Positions 17,515 to 24,117 of a DNA stretch of 36,563 nt are shown here, one piece after another. Source of the DNA: a virus. Under the pieces are notes generated by a model. That model was not told the origin of the DNA. It was given only the letters and a program-made list of their open reading frames with translations, and ran no database searches. Each line of letters begins with the position of its first letter. The first letter of the stretch is position 1. Position numbers and translations under genes: made by a program. Where the stretch lies: positions 1 through 36,563 of the IMG/VR virus record IMGVR_UViG_3300029787_000153. One strand, given 5' to 3'.

Positions 17515-18000
17515 CTAGCCTGGACCCGGTAACTTCCTCCTTTCCCCTCGAAGCAGGACCCGGAGGCCTGCCACTCGGGCCATCGTATCTGCATGGTCTT
17601 GACGTTCCCGGACGTCGAGCTTCTCCATGGAGGTATTCACTAATCGGGAGACCGCCTTTCTCATGCTTTTTTGGAGTTTGGTATGCAGAGTTTTCTCAGC
17701 ATATTCTGCTTGCTTCTGCGGCTGCAGGATCCGGTATCCAATACCCCACTCTGAGATCAAACATATCTTTTCTTCCTGAAGGAGATATTCCTTTAACGCT
17801 TCCATGTTCGCCATGTATGCGAGCTGGATCGTGTCGAACTTATGTTTCGGCATATCATCGGGAGGCTGCTCCAATCCCAGGGCTTCAAAAAACCATGAGT
17901 GTTCGATGATATCGTCAGCACTAAATTCCTCCTCGAGGAACTTTTTCGCAGCTTCTCTCCATGCCGGGAAGAGCTGCATCATTTCATCTGTTTCATTCAT
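17515..18000 (-). CDS. Hypothetical early protein (161 aa)
   Basis: ORF with its SD inside a repeat core (GCAAGGAAACAATG). Repeat units flank it on both sides. No motif recognised. Confidence 0.6.
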   Translation of the reverse strand: MNETDEMMQLFPAWREAAKKFLEEEFSADDIIEHSWFFEALGLEQPPDDMPKHKFDTIQLAYMANMEALKEYLLQEEKICLISEWGIGYRILQPQKQAEYAEKTLHTKLQKSMRKAVSRLVNTSMEKLDVRERQDHADTMARVAGLRVLLRGERRKLPGPG

Positions 18001-18001
18001 T

Positions 18002-18103
18002 GTTTCCTTGCTTAGTCTTGTCTTGCAGTGTCAAGCAAAGCCCGGACGAGACCCGCCGAACCCGGCCATGGTTTTTCTTTGAAAATGTTTTCCTTGCTTT
18101 GTC
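18002..18103. repeat. Two further copies of the 16-mer core (same family as 17151..17415)
   Basis: GTTTCCTTGCTTAGTC at 18002..18017 and GTTTTCCTTGCTTTGTC at 18087..18103, 85 nt apart. Confidence 0.8.
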
Positions 18104-18192
18104 AAGTCTTGCCGTAGCCTGGTCCAGACGAGCTCTGCACGGCCCAGCTAGGCAGCGCGGCGAGAGGCCTTGCACTACCGTGCCATGGTCAC

Positions 18193-18759
18193 TCAGTTCA
18201 CTATTTCAAAACGTCCATACCTTGGACGGTAATCGCAGATTCCGACGAAATCCCCAGCGGTTTTGATGTAGCCCATAACGTCATTCATGTTGAGTAGCTC
18301 ATCACTGGCGAGGACCGTGAACGAGATCGCCCACTCATGGAAGATTGGGCGGCAGCGCATGATTCTTTTCTTCTGAAGAACGACCGATCTCATGTCTGAA
18401 AATTTATCACGCTGCTTCCACAATCCTGCGATATCCCGAGGACCGGAATATTCCAGTTTGATTTTCTGCTCAACGACCTGGAGACCTCGCTGAATGTTTC
18501 GGCCCATGCGGACGAACTTGGCACCGTCTCGGATCATCGCCTCGACGTTCTCACCAGGTATGACCGGACCTTCTTCATTCATGTAGAGCTGACCCTCCCA
18601 CTCGAGGCGGGCGATCTGCTCAAGATCTTCGTCGGTTTTCTTTCTTTTGCCGGTCAGTTCCTTGATCTGTTTTGACAAAGGATCGATCGGATTCGCGCAC
18701 CGTTCGCTCGACATGAGCAGCGGCGTTACCCCTTTTAATTTAATTTGTTCTTTAATCAT
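18193..18759 (-). CDS. Hypothetical early protein (188 aa), conserved-looking
   Basis: ORF downstream of ssb with well-formed globular sequence (...CRPIFHEWAISFTVLASDELLNMNDVMGYIKTAGDFVGICDYRPRYGRFEIVN). I cannot place the family. Confidence 0.65.
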   Translation of the reverse strand: MIKEQIKLKGVTPLLMSSERCANPIDPLSKQIKELTGKRKKTDEDLEQIARLEWEGQLYMNEEGPVIPGENVEAMIRDGAKFVRMGRNIQRGLQVVEQKIKLEYSGPRDIAGLWKQRDKFSDMRSVVLQKKRIMRCRPIFHEWAISFTVLASDELLNMNDVMGYIKTAGDFVGICDYRPRYGRFEIVN

Positions 18760-18909
18760 TTTGCTTCTCGATTAAATGATGCTCAGGGAGGATCCCGGCC
18801 CATATGATAAGCCGACGCTGATCCTTAGCAGGGGAAGATTCAGGACCTGGTGACTGACAAGGGATGGCAGTCTAAGGAGCGGCCCAACCTGGTTTGCCCT
18901 GAGCTTATT

Positions 18910-19272
18910 TTATTCGTGATCTTCCATCCTTTTGACGTTGTGCAACCAGTTGACTTTGAAAGCTTTGATCTCGGTTTTATATTTCTTCTCGCCGGTTTCC
19001 CGGTCTTCATAGTTGCGAGTCTGCAGAGCTCCTTCGACGTAGAGCAGCGTCCCGGCTTTACAATATTCCATCATCAGATCTGCAGTTTTCCCGAAGATGA
19101 CGCAATCATGCCACTCGGTTCGCTCCTGAGCATCGCCGTTCTTGTTGGTCCATTTGTCGGTTGTCGCGACAGAAAAATTGCAGACAGAATCTCCGCCTTG
19201 CGTATAATTTGTCTCGGGGTCCCTCCCAAGATTTCCAATCAGCATCACCTTATTCAGACTCGGCATTATCAA
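18910..19272 (-). CDS. ssb: Single-stranded DNA-binding protein
   Basis: LNKVMLIGNLGRDPETNYTQGGDSVCNFSVATTDKW...RTEWHDCVIFGKTADLMMEYCKAGTLLYVEGALQTRNYED...G is the canonical OB-fold SSB pattern. No acidic DDIPF-type tail. Confidence 0.85.
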   Translation of the reverse strand: MIMPSLNKVMLIGNLGRDPETNYTQGGDSVCNFSVATTDKWTNKNGDAQERTEWHDCVIFGKTADLMMEYCKAGTLLYVEGALQTRNYEDRETGEKKYKTEIKAFKVNWLHNVKRMEDHE

Positions 19273-19450
19273 CTCCTTTCCAGAAACCTCTGACGGCTTT
19301 ATTGACTCCTCTGTCTATTTTTCTTTGGGCAAATTTATCTAATTTCCTTTGGACAAAACTTTCATCATCTTCACGCGGTTCGAAGTCGCTTCCTTTATAA
19401 TCCAGGTCGCAGCCATCCGGGCCGATGATGTCATTCATATTAGGAGGCAT
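19250..19450 (-). CDS. Hypothetical protein (66 aa)
   Basis: The ATG at 19450 has an AAAGGAAC SD with a 5-nt spacer. It overlaps the last 11 nt of erf. Confidence 0.4.
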   Translation of the reverse strand: MPPNMNDIIGPDGCDLDYKGSDFEPREDDESFVQRKLDKFAQRKIDRGVNKAVRGFWKGVDNAESE

Positions 19451-20342
19451 TGAGTTCCTTTCTTTGCTTCTCAATTAGATTCATCAGATACTGTTTTGCA
19501 GCATCATCGATTTTTTTCTCATCGAATTCTTTTGTGACTCTGACCGAGAGTCCTTCGATGTTTTCTGCAGTCTTCTGCCGTGGGATCTGGAGACCAAGGA
19601 TCTTGGCGATTCCATCGGGTTTGTACTCAGCGGGCGGATCCGCTGCTGGGGAGGATTCAACAACTTCGCTTCCGGGAAAGGTTTCCAAAACCGTCTCAAC
19701 CAGCTCCTCGGTTTTCGTATTGTGATCGAACTCGAAGGCCTCCTTCATCGCGCCCTTGAATTCTTTATTCACTTGTTTCTCTTTTTCCTTTTTTTCTTTT
19801 TCCCAATCCTTAGCCTGCTCGGATGGTTTCCTAGAAGCTTTGGACCTGGTGGACTTCGGTTTCTCTTCCTTATCCTGCTCCGTTGCCTTCTCGCCATCAT
19901 CATCATTACCAGGTGCCAAGCCGACCATCGCCTGGTAGCAATAACGGCGGGCATAAGTGAGCGCGGATCCCCGGCCTTGAGCAGTCTTCTCCTTGATCTG
20001 CATCGTGTAAACAAAGCGCATCCATTCCCCGGAAGAATGGGTCATCATGTTAATTAGAAGATCATCAGTAGGCATCTGAACGATTGCTATGCCATAGTTT
20101 CCTAGAAGTTTTGACGCGGCATTTAAACAAGCGTCGAGCGTCGCATAATCAGATCGGAAGTGGGGATTCTTTGCATCAAAAGGGACCGTCGGATCCAGCT
20201 TCTCTTTAAATTTAGCCAATGCCATTGGAAGCTCTTTGAATGAATCAGAAAATTCCATTTCTTTAAAGGCGACGTTGTTATAAATGACTTTCGTCTCCGG
20301 TTCGGTGTATCTCATCTGGGGATCGTATTGGTCTTCACTCAT
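19440..20342 (-). CDS. erf: ERF-family single-strand annealing recombinase
   Basis: FRSDYATLDACLNAASKLLGNYGIAIVQMP...SGEWMRFVY...AQGRGSALTYARRYCYQAMVGL matches the ERF core (Y.sL......v.p.L...G......sGe......Q..GSa.TYaRRY). K/E-rich C-terminal half. Confidence 0.75.
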   Translation of the reverse strand: MSEDQYDPQMRYTEPETKVIYNNVAFKEMEFSDSFKELPMALAKFKEKLDPTVPFDAKNPHFRSDYATLDACLNAASKLLGNYGIAIVQMPTDDLLINMMTHSSGEWMRFVYTMQIKEKTAQGRGSALTYARRYCYQAMVGLAPGNDDDGEKATEQDKEEKPKSTRSKASRKPSEQAKDWEKEKKEKEKQVNKEFKGAMKEAFEFDHNTKTEELVETVLETFPGSEVVESSPAADPPAEYKPDGIAKILGLQIPRQKTAENIEGLSVRVTKEFDEKKIDDAAKQYLMNLIEKQRKELNAS

Positions 20343-20499
20343 CGATTTTCCTTTCTAGGATTTCGGCTTCCGCCATGGTTAAAGCTTCTTCATCCTGGAG
20401 GCAATTCCAGCAAGTGATGCTGCCGCCCAGGTCCCTCCACTCGTTGCCATCTTTGGCATCAAAATAATCATCGCAGTCGTCGCACCTAAGCCAGCTCAT
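20335..20499 (-). CDS. Zinc-ribbon protein (54 aa, below the ORF-track cutoff)
   Basis: My translation is MSWLRCDDCDDYFDAKDGNEWRDLGGSITCWNCLQDEEALTMAEAEILERKIDE, with a CxxC...CxxC motif. The stop overlaps the erf start (ATGAGTGA). It fills an otherwise empty 140-nt gap. Confidence 0.55.
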   Translation of the reverse strand: MSWLRCDDCDDYFDAKDGNEWRDLGGSITCWNCLQDEEALTMAEAEILERKIDE

Positions 20500-20920
20500 G
20501 GAGCTCCTTAATTTTGTTTGTCGTTATTATTCGAACCTCATGAATGGCAGCAGCTGCTTCAGCAACTGAGCGGACGACATAATAATTTTCAACGCGCTGC
20601 TCGAATTCTTTCTGCGAATCCTGCTGCTTTCCTTTTTTGGCTTTGACTTCCAGCCAACATGAAACCGGGATCCCCATGACCATCAGCTGAACATATATGT
20701 CCGCGATGCCCTTTTCCGCCGCCGGTCGATATTTCCCCGGCTGTCCATGGATTGGAATCCCAACGACGTTCATTCGAAACATCTCGATGCCTTTGGTGAC
20801 GGCACCGTATTGAAGGATCGCCTTTTGGATCCCGGCTTCAGTTTCAATCAAGCCCTTCAAAACAACTCCCATATTTCTTGCCGAAGTCATCGCGGCGTTT
20901 CTGGACCGCCTTGATGGCAT
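20486..20920 (-). CDS. VRR-NUC domain nuclease
   Basis: EAGIQKAILQY...EKGIADIYVQLMVMGIPVSCWLEVKAKKGKQQDSQKEFEQRVE fits VRR-NUC (G.PD......-hydrophobic-EVK...g.ls..Q). In-frame ATGs occur at 20920, 20890 and 20872, so the start is uncertain. Confidence 0.65.
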   Translation of the reverse strand: MPSRRSRNAAMTSARNMGVVLKGLIETEAGIQKAILQYGAVTKGIEMFRMNVVGIPIHGQPGKYRPAAEKGIADIYVQLMVMGIPVSCWLEVKAKKGKQQDSQKEFEQRVENYYVVRSVAEAAAAIHEVRIITTNKIKELHELA

Positions 20921-21053
20921 CTGTTTTTTCCAGCTCCGGGCCGATCAGTTTTGAGAAATGAGCCAGGGTTAATTTGAGGTCGAGCATCTCCCTGGTGTTT
21001 TCTTCCAGAGCTCGGATTTTCCGTTCCTCAATTTTTTTTTCGTCCTGGTCCAT
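20844..21053 (-). CDS. Hypothetical first gene of the early leftward operon
   Basis: 69-aa charged ORF adjacent to the divergent regulatory region. No HTH seen. Confidence 0.45.
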   Translation of the reverse strand: MDQDEKKIEERKIRALEENTREMLDLKLTLAHFSKLIGPELEKTDAIKAVQKRRDDFGKKYGSCFEGLD

Positions 21054-21069
21054 TTATTTCATTATTTAT

Positions 21070-21099
21070 TTGACAATCACGAACATATGCGAATATAAT
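21070..21099 (+). promoter_or_regulatory. Consensus sigma70-type promoter reading toward int
   Basis: TTGACA at 21070..21075, an 18-nt spacer, and TATAAT at 21094..21099. Both hexamers are perfect. Confidence 0.5.
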
Positions 21100-21175
21100 G
21101 AGTACATATCAATCATGTTGAGTGATATTTGATCACTTGATAACACTTAGACGAACCCAAAATCAAGGGAAAAAA

Positions 21176-22549
21176 ATGAAAACCAAATCTCAATTCATCA
21201 AAAACTGGGTAAAAAAAGGCGGGAATCTTAAAGGTGACGTTTGGATCCTTTTACCTAAAAATAAGCGTCAGCATAAAATTGCTGATATCAAAAATCTTCA
21301 AGCCGATGAAGTGAATATTGTCGCTCAATTTGGTTCATGGAGAGATGGGCAGATTGTAAAAATCAGCACCGTCGCCGAGCTTGAGCAACAGGAAAGCAAG
21401 CAGCTCTGGCTTCATCAGCAGATTGAAGAAGCAAAAAAGAATTTAAAGCCGGTAGCTTCTAAAAAAGCAGCCGCTGCGGTTGATCGTTTCAGTCTGCCGC
21501 TCTCCAATCTAATCCGACGTTTTAAAACTGATCACGTCAGCAAACTGAGATCAGCGCGGGATTATGAATACGCGCTCGGGCTTTGGGATGCTGAGATCGG
21601 GCATCTTCCGGTTGACCAGGTTCATGCTACTCATATTGAGAAGTTCAAAAATGATCTGCTCAATCGCGCTCCTTCCGTTGGCACCTCCGGAAACAAAAAG
21701 CTGACCAATAAGAGTGTCAGAAACTATCTTTCAATTTTGAGTTCAGCTTTTAACTTCGGTCAGAAACTTGGCGTCGAGCTGGTGAGGCCTGGAAACAATC
21801 CGGTCAAGCTGATTGATTGGCCTGAGATAAAAGGCGAGCATGACAATAAAAGAACCGAGGTCCTGCTTCGCGGATCCGACGAACTTGCGACCCTGGTTGA
21901 GCAACTGAACCTTTCAGAATCACGCGACCTGAAAGATTTCGTTCTCTTTGCTTTGATCACCGGCGTTCGTCAGTCAGAAGCATACGGACTGACCTGGGAT
22001 AACGTGGACCTCGATCATGGCTATGTCCATCTCAGTCAGGCTCTCCGCAGAAACGTCGTCGAAGGTGTAGACGAAGATGGAAATTTCATCTACGCGAAGA
22101 ATGAACACGGCGGCAAGCGCGTCATCACTAAAGGCCTCAAAAACAATTCCGACAAAAGGGTCATCCACCTGGATCAGTTTCCTTCAGTACGGAAGCTTTT
22201 AGTGAGTCGCAAAGCAGCAGCTGCTGAACGTCAGCTCGCCGGTGGCAAAGCCGAAGATCGCGTTTTCCCCCAGGATATCAAAAAGGCCTGGAATAAGGTC
22301 CTGAAACGCGCAGGCCTCCGGAAGGAAGGTGCTGGAAACAAAACCGACGATCTTGTTTTCCATACCCTCCGCCACTCGGCAGCGACCTGGCAAGTTCAGG
22401 ATGGGATCCCCCTGTTTCAAGTTTCCCATTTTCTTGGACACAAGAACCTTCAATCGGTTTCCCGATACGCTCACTTCGATCCTTCCCAGGCTGAAGCGGG
22501 TGCAAGGACCGCGGAAGCTGGAGTGACCGCCGCCTTCGGCGCGATCTGA
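21176..22549 (+). CDS. int: Tyrosine recombinase / phage integrase
   Basis: C-terminal catalytic motifs FHTLRHSAATW...LGHKNLQSVSRYAH (HxxR, LGH, Y), plus an upstream ...TGVRQSEAYGLTWDNVDL arginine box. The track start GTG 21122 is replaced by ATG 21176, which has an AAGGG SD. Confidence 0.9.
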   Translation: MKTKSQFIKNWVKKGGNLKGDVWILLPKNKRQHKIADIKNLQADEVNIVAQFGSWRDGQIVKISTVAELEQQESKQLWLHQQIEEAKKNLKPVASKKAAAAVDRFSLPLSNLIRRFKTDHVSKLRSARDYEYALGLWDAEIGHLPVDQVHATHIEKFKNDLLNRAPSVGTSGNKKLTNKSVRNYLSILSSAFNFGQKLGVELVRPGNNPVKLIDWPEIKGEHDNKRTEVLLRGSDELATLVEQLNLSESRDLKDFVLFALITGVRQSEAYGLTWDNVDLDHGYVHLSQALRRNVVEGVDEDGNFIYAKNEHGGKRVITKGLKNNSDKRVIHLDQFPSVRKLLVSRKAAAAERQLAGGKAEDRVFPQDIKKAWNKVLKRAGLRKEGAGNKTDDLVFHTLRHSAATWQVQDGIPLFQVSHFLGHKNLQSVSRYAHFDPSQAEAGARTAEAGVTAAFGAI

Positions 22550-22556
22550 TCCCCCC

Positions 22557-22575
22557 GGGGGCTTCGGCCCCCTTT
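22557..22575 (+). terminator. Candidate intrinsic terminator after int
   Basis: GGGGGC-TTCG-GCCCCC hairpin (22557..22572) followed by only TTT. The T tract is weak. Confidence 0.4.
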
Positions 22576-22625
22576 AACTTTCCGATTCTTAACTTAACTT
22601 TCCGATTCTTAACTTAACTTTCCGA
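22576..22625. repeat. Perfect 20-bp tandem repeat x2.5 (AACTTTCCGATTCTTAACTT)
   Basis: 22576..22595 equals 22596..22615, followed by a 10-nt partial third copy that runs into the GAGG SD of the 22633 ORF. Confidence 0.9.
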
Positions 22626-22632
22626 GGTTGAT

Positions 22633-22890
22633 ATGACTCCAGAATATGCAAAAAAAATAGTCCGTAAACTCTGTCCTGAAGCTAGATACATAGGTAACCG
22701 AATTATTTCCCCAGATATTGGCGAAGTCGGTTTCAGTATTCATTGGGACGAAGATACATCTTGGATCAAAGCAGCTACATTTTTAAAAGATCAGAATGAA
22801 AAATGGCTTTGGCTTAGAGAAAAAAATGAGAAAGGCGAAATGGAGTGGCCGAAGGCTGAAGGTGAACCAATTAATCTAAATGACTTATGA
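22633..22890 (+). CDS. Hypothetical protein (85 aa) in the lysogeny block
   Basis: ORF with a GAGG SD, low GC. No motif recognised. Confidence 0.5.
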   Translation: MTPEYAKKIVRKLCPEARYIGNRIISPDIGEVGFSIHWDEDTSWIKAATFLKDQNEKWLWLREKNEKGEMEWPKAEGEPINLNDL

Positions 22891-22914
22891 CTCCAGAGTT
22901 CTGTATAAATTTTA

Positions 22915-22931
22915 GTGTACACCATGTACAC
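22915..22931. promoter_or_regulatory. Perfect palindrome GTGTACA-N3-TGTACAC, a candidate operator
   Basis: Read directly from the sequence, in the 139-nt gap upstream of the XRE gene. Confidence 0.4.
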
Positions 22932-23029
22932 AAATAATTTTTGCAACTTAGATCTAACTTACAAAAGTCACATACTAATCATTTGACTTTATTTGTGAAC
23001 ATATGTATTGAAAGGACGTGGATTTAAAA

Positions 23030-23368
23030 ATGGAAATAGGAAAGCGGATCAAGAAGATCCGGAATGACAAAAGCATGAAGCAAGAAGAATTCGGGGCATT
23101 GATAGGATCAAATCGATCCGTTATCAGTCGCCTTGAATCCGGTCGGCAGCAGATCGACCAGGAGATCTTAATGAAATTCTGGACGACTCTGAAGGTCTCG
23201 CCGCATTGGCTTATCACCGGGGAGGATCCTGGTGCCGTGGTTGAAGTAGCGAAATTAAAATCCGACCTTAAAGAGACAAAACATACTTTGTCTTTAGTTG
23301 AGGCGCATCGCGATTCATTGACTGAAATAATTCAGCTTTTGAAGGATGCTGCTGGAATCAAAAAATAA
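23030..23368 (+). CDS. XRE-family HTH regulator (candidate prophage repressor)
   Basis: IGKRIKKIRNDKSMKQEEFGALIGSNRSVISRLESGRQQIDQEILMKFWTTLKVSPHWLITGE is the classic Xre/cI-type HTH. Coiled-coil-like C-terminus with no peptidase domain. The alternative GTG start at 23018 sits too close to the SD. Confidence 0.8.
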   Translation: MEIGKRIKKIRNDKSMKQEEFGALIGSNRSVISRLESGRQQIDQEILMKFWTTLKVSPHWLITGEDPGAVVEVAKLKSDLKETKHTLSLVEAHRDSLTEIIQLLKDAAGIKK

Positions 23369-23423
23369 TGAATCAGAAAGAACCTGAGAATACCGGGCCG
23401 CTAAAATTATAAAGGATAATGCT

Positions 23424-23567
23424 ATGAAAATTCTGAAAGTCAGAAAATCAAAAGTGTGGTTTCCACCCCTTAACATGACTTGTCAATGTTTGGGAGCAGA
23501 ATGGGACAGAAAATCTAATCTTGGATGGCTAGGACGAATTGACTCAGGGGGGGGATATGAGTTGTGA
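23424..23567 (+). CDS. Small ORF (47 aa) ending just after a G8 tract
   Basis: AAAGGA SD, 7-nt spacer, ATG. My translation is MKILKVRKSKVWFPPLNMTCQCLGAEWDRKSNLGWLGRIDSGGGYEL. It is not in the ORF track (<60 aa). Confidence 0.35.
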   Translation: MKILKVRKSKVWFPPLNMTCQCLGAEWDRKSNLGWLGRIDSGGGYEL

Positions 23568-23943
23568 AGGTAAAATATATGAGACTCAATTTACAATAAA
23601 TGATGTTGAAAAATACGAAAGTGTTTTAAAAGAGATAGATAATAAAGCACTTTCAAATGGCTACACAGTTTTAAAAAGATTAGTTTCTTGGCCATCTTCC
23701 CATCCTAATATTCACGGCATTCTTGAGAATCCCAAATCTATAAAAAATCTGATTCAAATAACAATGCAAGTAACTGATGAATCTTATTCATTAGTCAATA
23801 CTTGTAATGTTTTTTTGGAAGCAGGAATCAAACTTGAACCAGTTGGAAAGTATAAAATTGTGAAGGCTTCAGATGATGAAATTAAACTTAAAGAGTTGAC
23901 AAGACTTCTGAAGCTCACCGATAAAATTAAAGAATCAGCATGA
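23557..23943 (+). CDS. Hypothetical attP-adjacent moron protein (128 aa from ATG 23557; the track uses TTG 23539)
   Basis: AT-rich ORF (about 33% GC in one sampled line) and the last gene before attP. No motif recognised. Confidence 0.55.
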   Translation: MSCEGKIYETQFTINDVEKYESVLKEIDNKALSNGYTVLKRLVSWPSSHPNIHGILENPKSIKNLIQITMQVTDESYSLVNTCNVFLEAGIKLEPVGKYKIVKASDDEIKLKELTRLLKLTDKIKESA

Positions 23944-23945
23944 AA

Positions 23946-23995
23946 TGGGTTTGCAAATGGGTTTGCAAAAGGGCGTGGGTTTGCGTGGGTTTGCG
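23946..23995 (+). repeat. Four direct TGGGTTTGCR repeats, candidate integrase arm-type sites (P arm)
   Basis: Copies at 23946, 23958, 23976 and 23986, all in the same orientation. Confidence 0.6.
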
Positions 23996-24033
23996 AAGAC
24001 TAAATTCTTAATGTACTGTTTTTATTAAGTATT

Positions 24034-24066
24034 TGGTCGGAGCGACTGGATTCGAACCTGCCGCCC
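24034..24066 (-). other. attP core candidate: tRNA 3'-end mimic (T-loop, acceptor 3' strand, CCA)
   Basis: The minus strand reads GGCAGGTTCGAATCCAGTCGCTCCGACCA, i.e. a GTTCGAATC T-loop, acceptor strand CGCTCCG, discriminator A and CCA. The T-stem 5' strand has an A.A mismatch, and no D arm or anticodon arm lies upstream. It is therefore a fragment, not a gene. Confidence 0.65.
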
Positions 24067-24083
24067 ATAATCTGCGAACCGTT

Positions 24084-24115
24084 GAAAACACTGGGGTTGA
24101 AGCAATATCAACCCC
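24084..24115 (-). terminator. Intrinsic terminator closing the late/lysis operon
   Basis: An 8-bp perfect stem GGGGTTGA/TCAACCCC (24093..24115) with a 7-nt loop, followed on the minus strand by GTGTTTTC. Confidence 0.5.
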
Positions 24116-24117
24116 AA

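Noticed and set aside
17040-18175. ORFs within the repeat blocks (17040..17303 +, 17318..17518 +, 17388..17594 -, 17993..18175 -, and the N-terminal 39 codons of 16706..17260)
   Set aside because: They are open only because the repeats lack stops. Their translations are Arg/Ala/Pro/Ser-rich and repeat-derived (CFLAL recurs). No SD-start pair is present. The real 145-aa gene has a clear SD-ATG at 17143.
24034-24110. A complete tRNA gene on the minus strand
   Set aside because: Only the T-loop, 3' acceptor strand and CCA are tRNA-like. The T-stem 5' strand has an A.A mismatch. The upstream sequence (GGTTCGCAGATTATGGGCG) does not fold into anticodon or D arms. It is interpreted as an attP core fragment.
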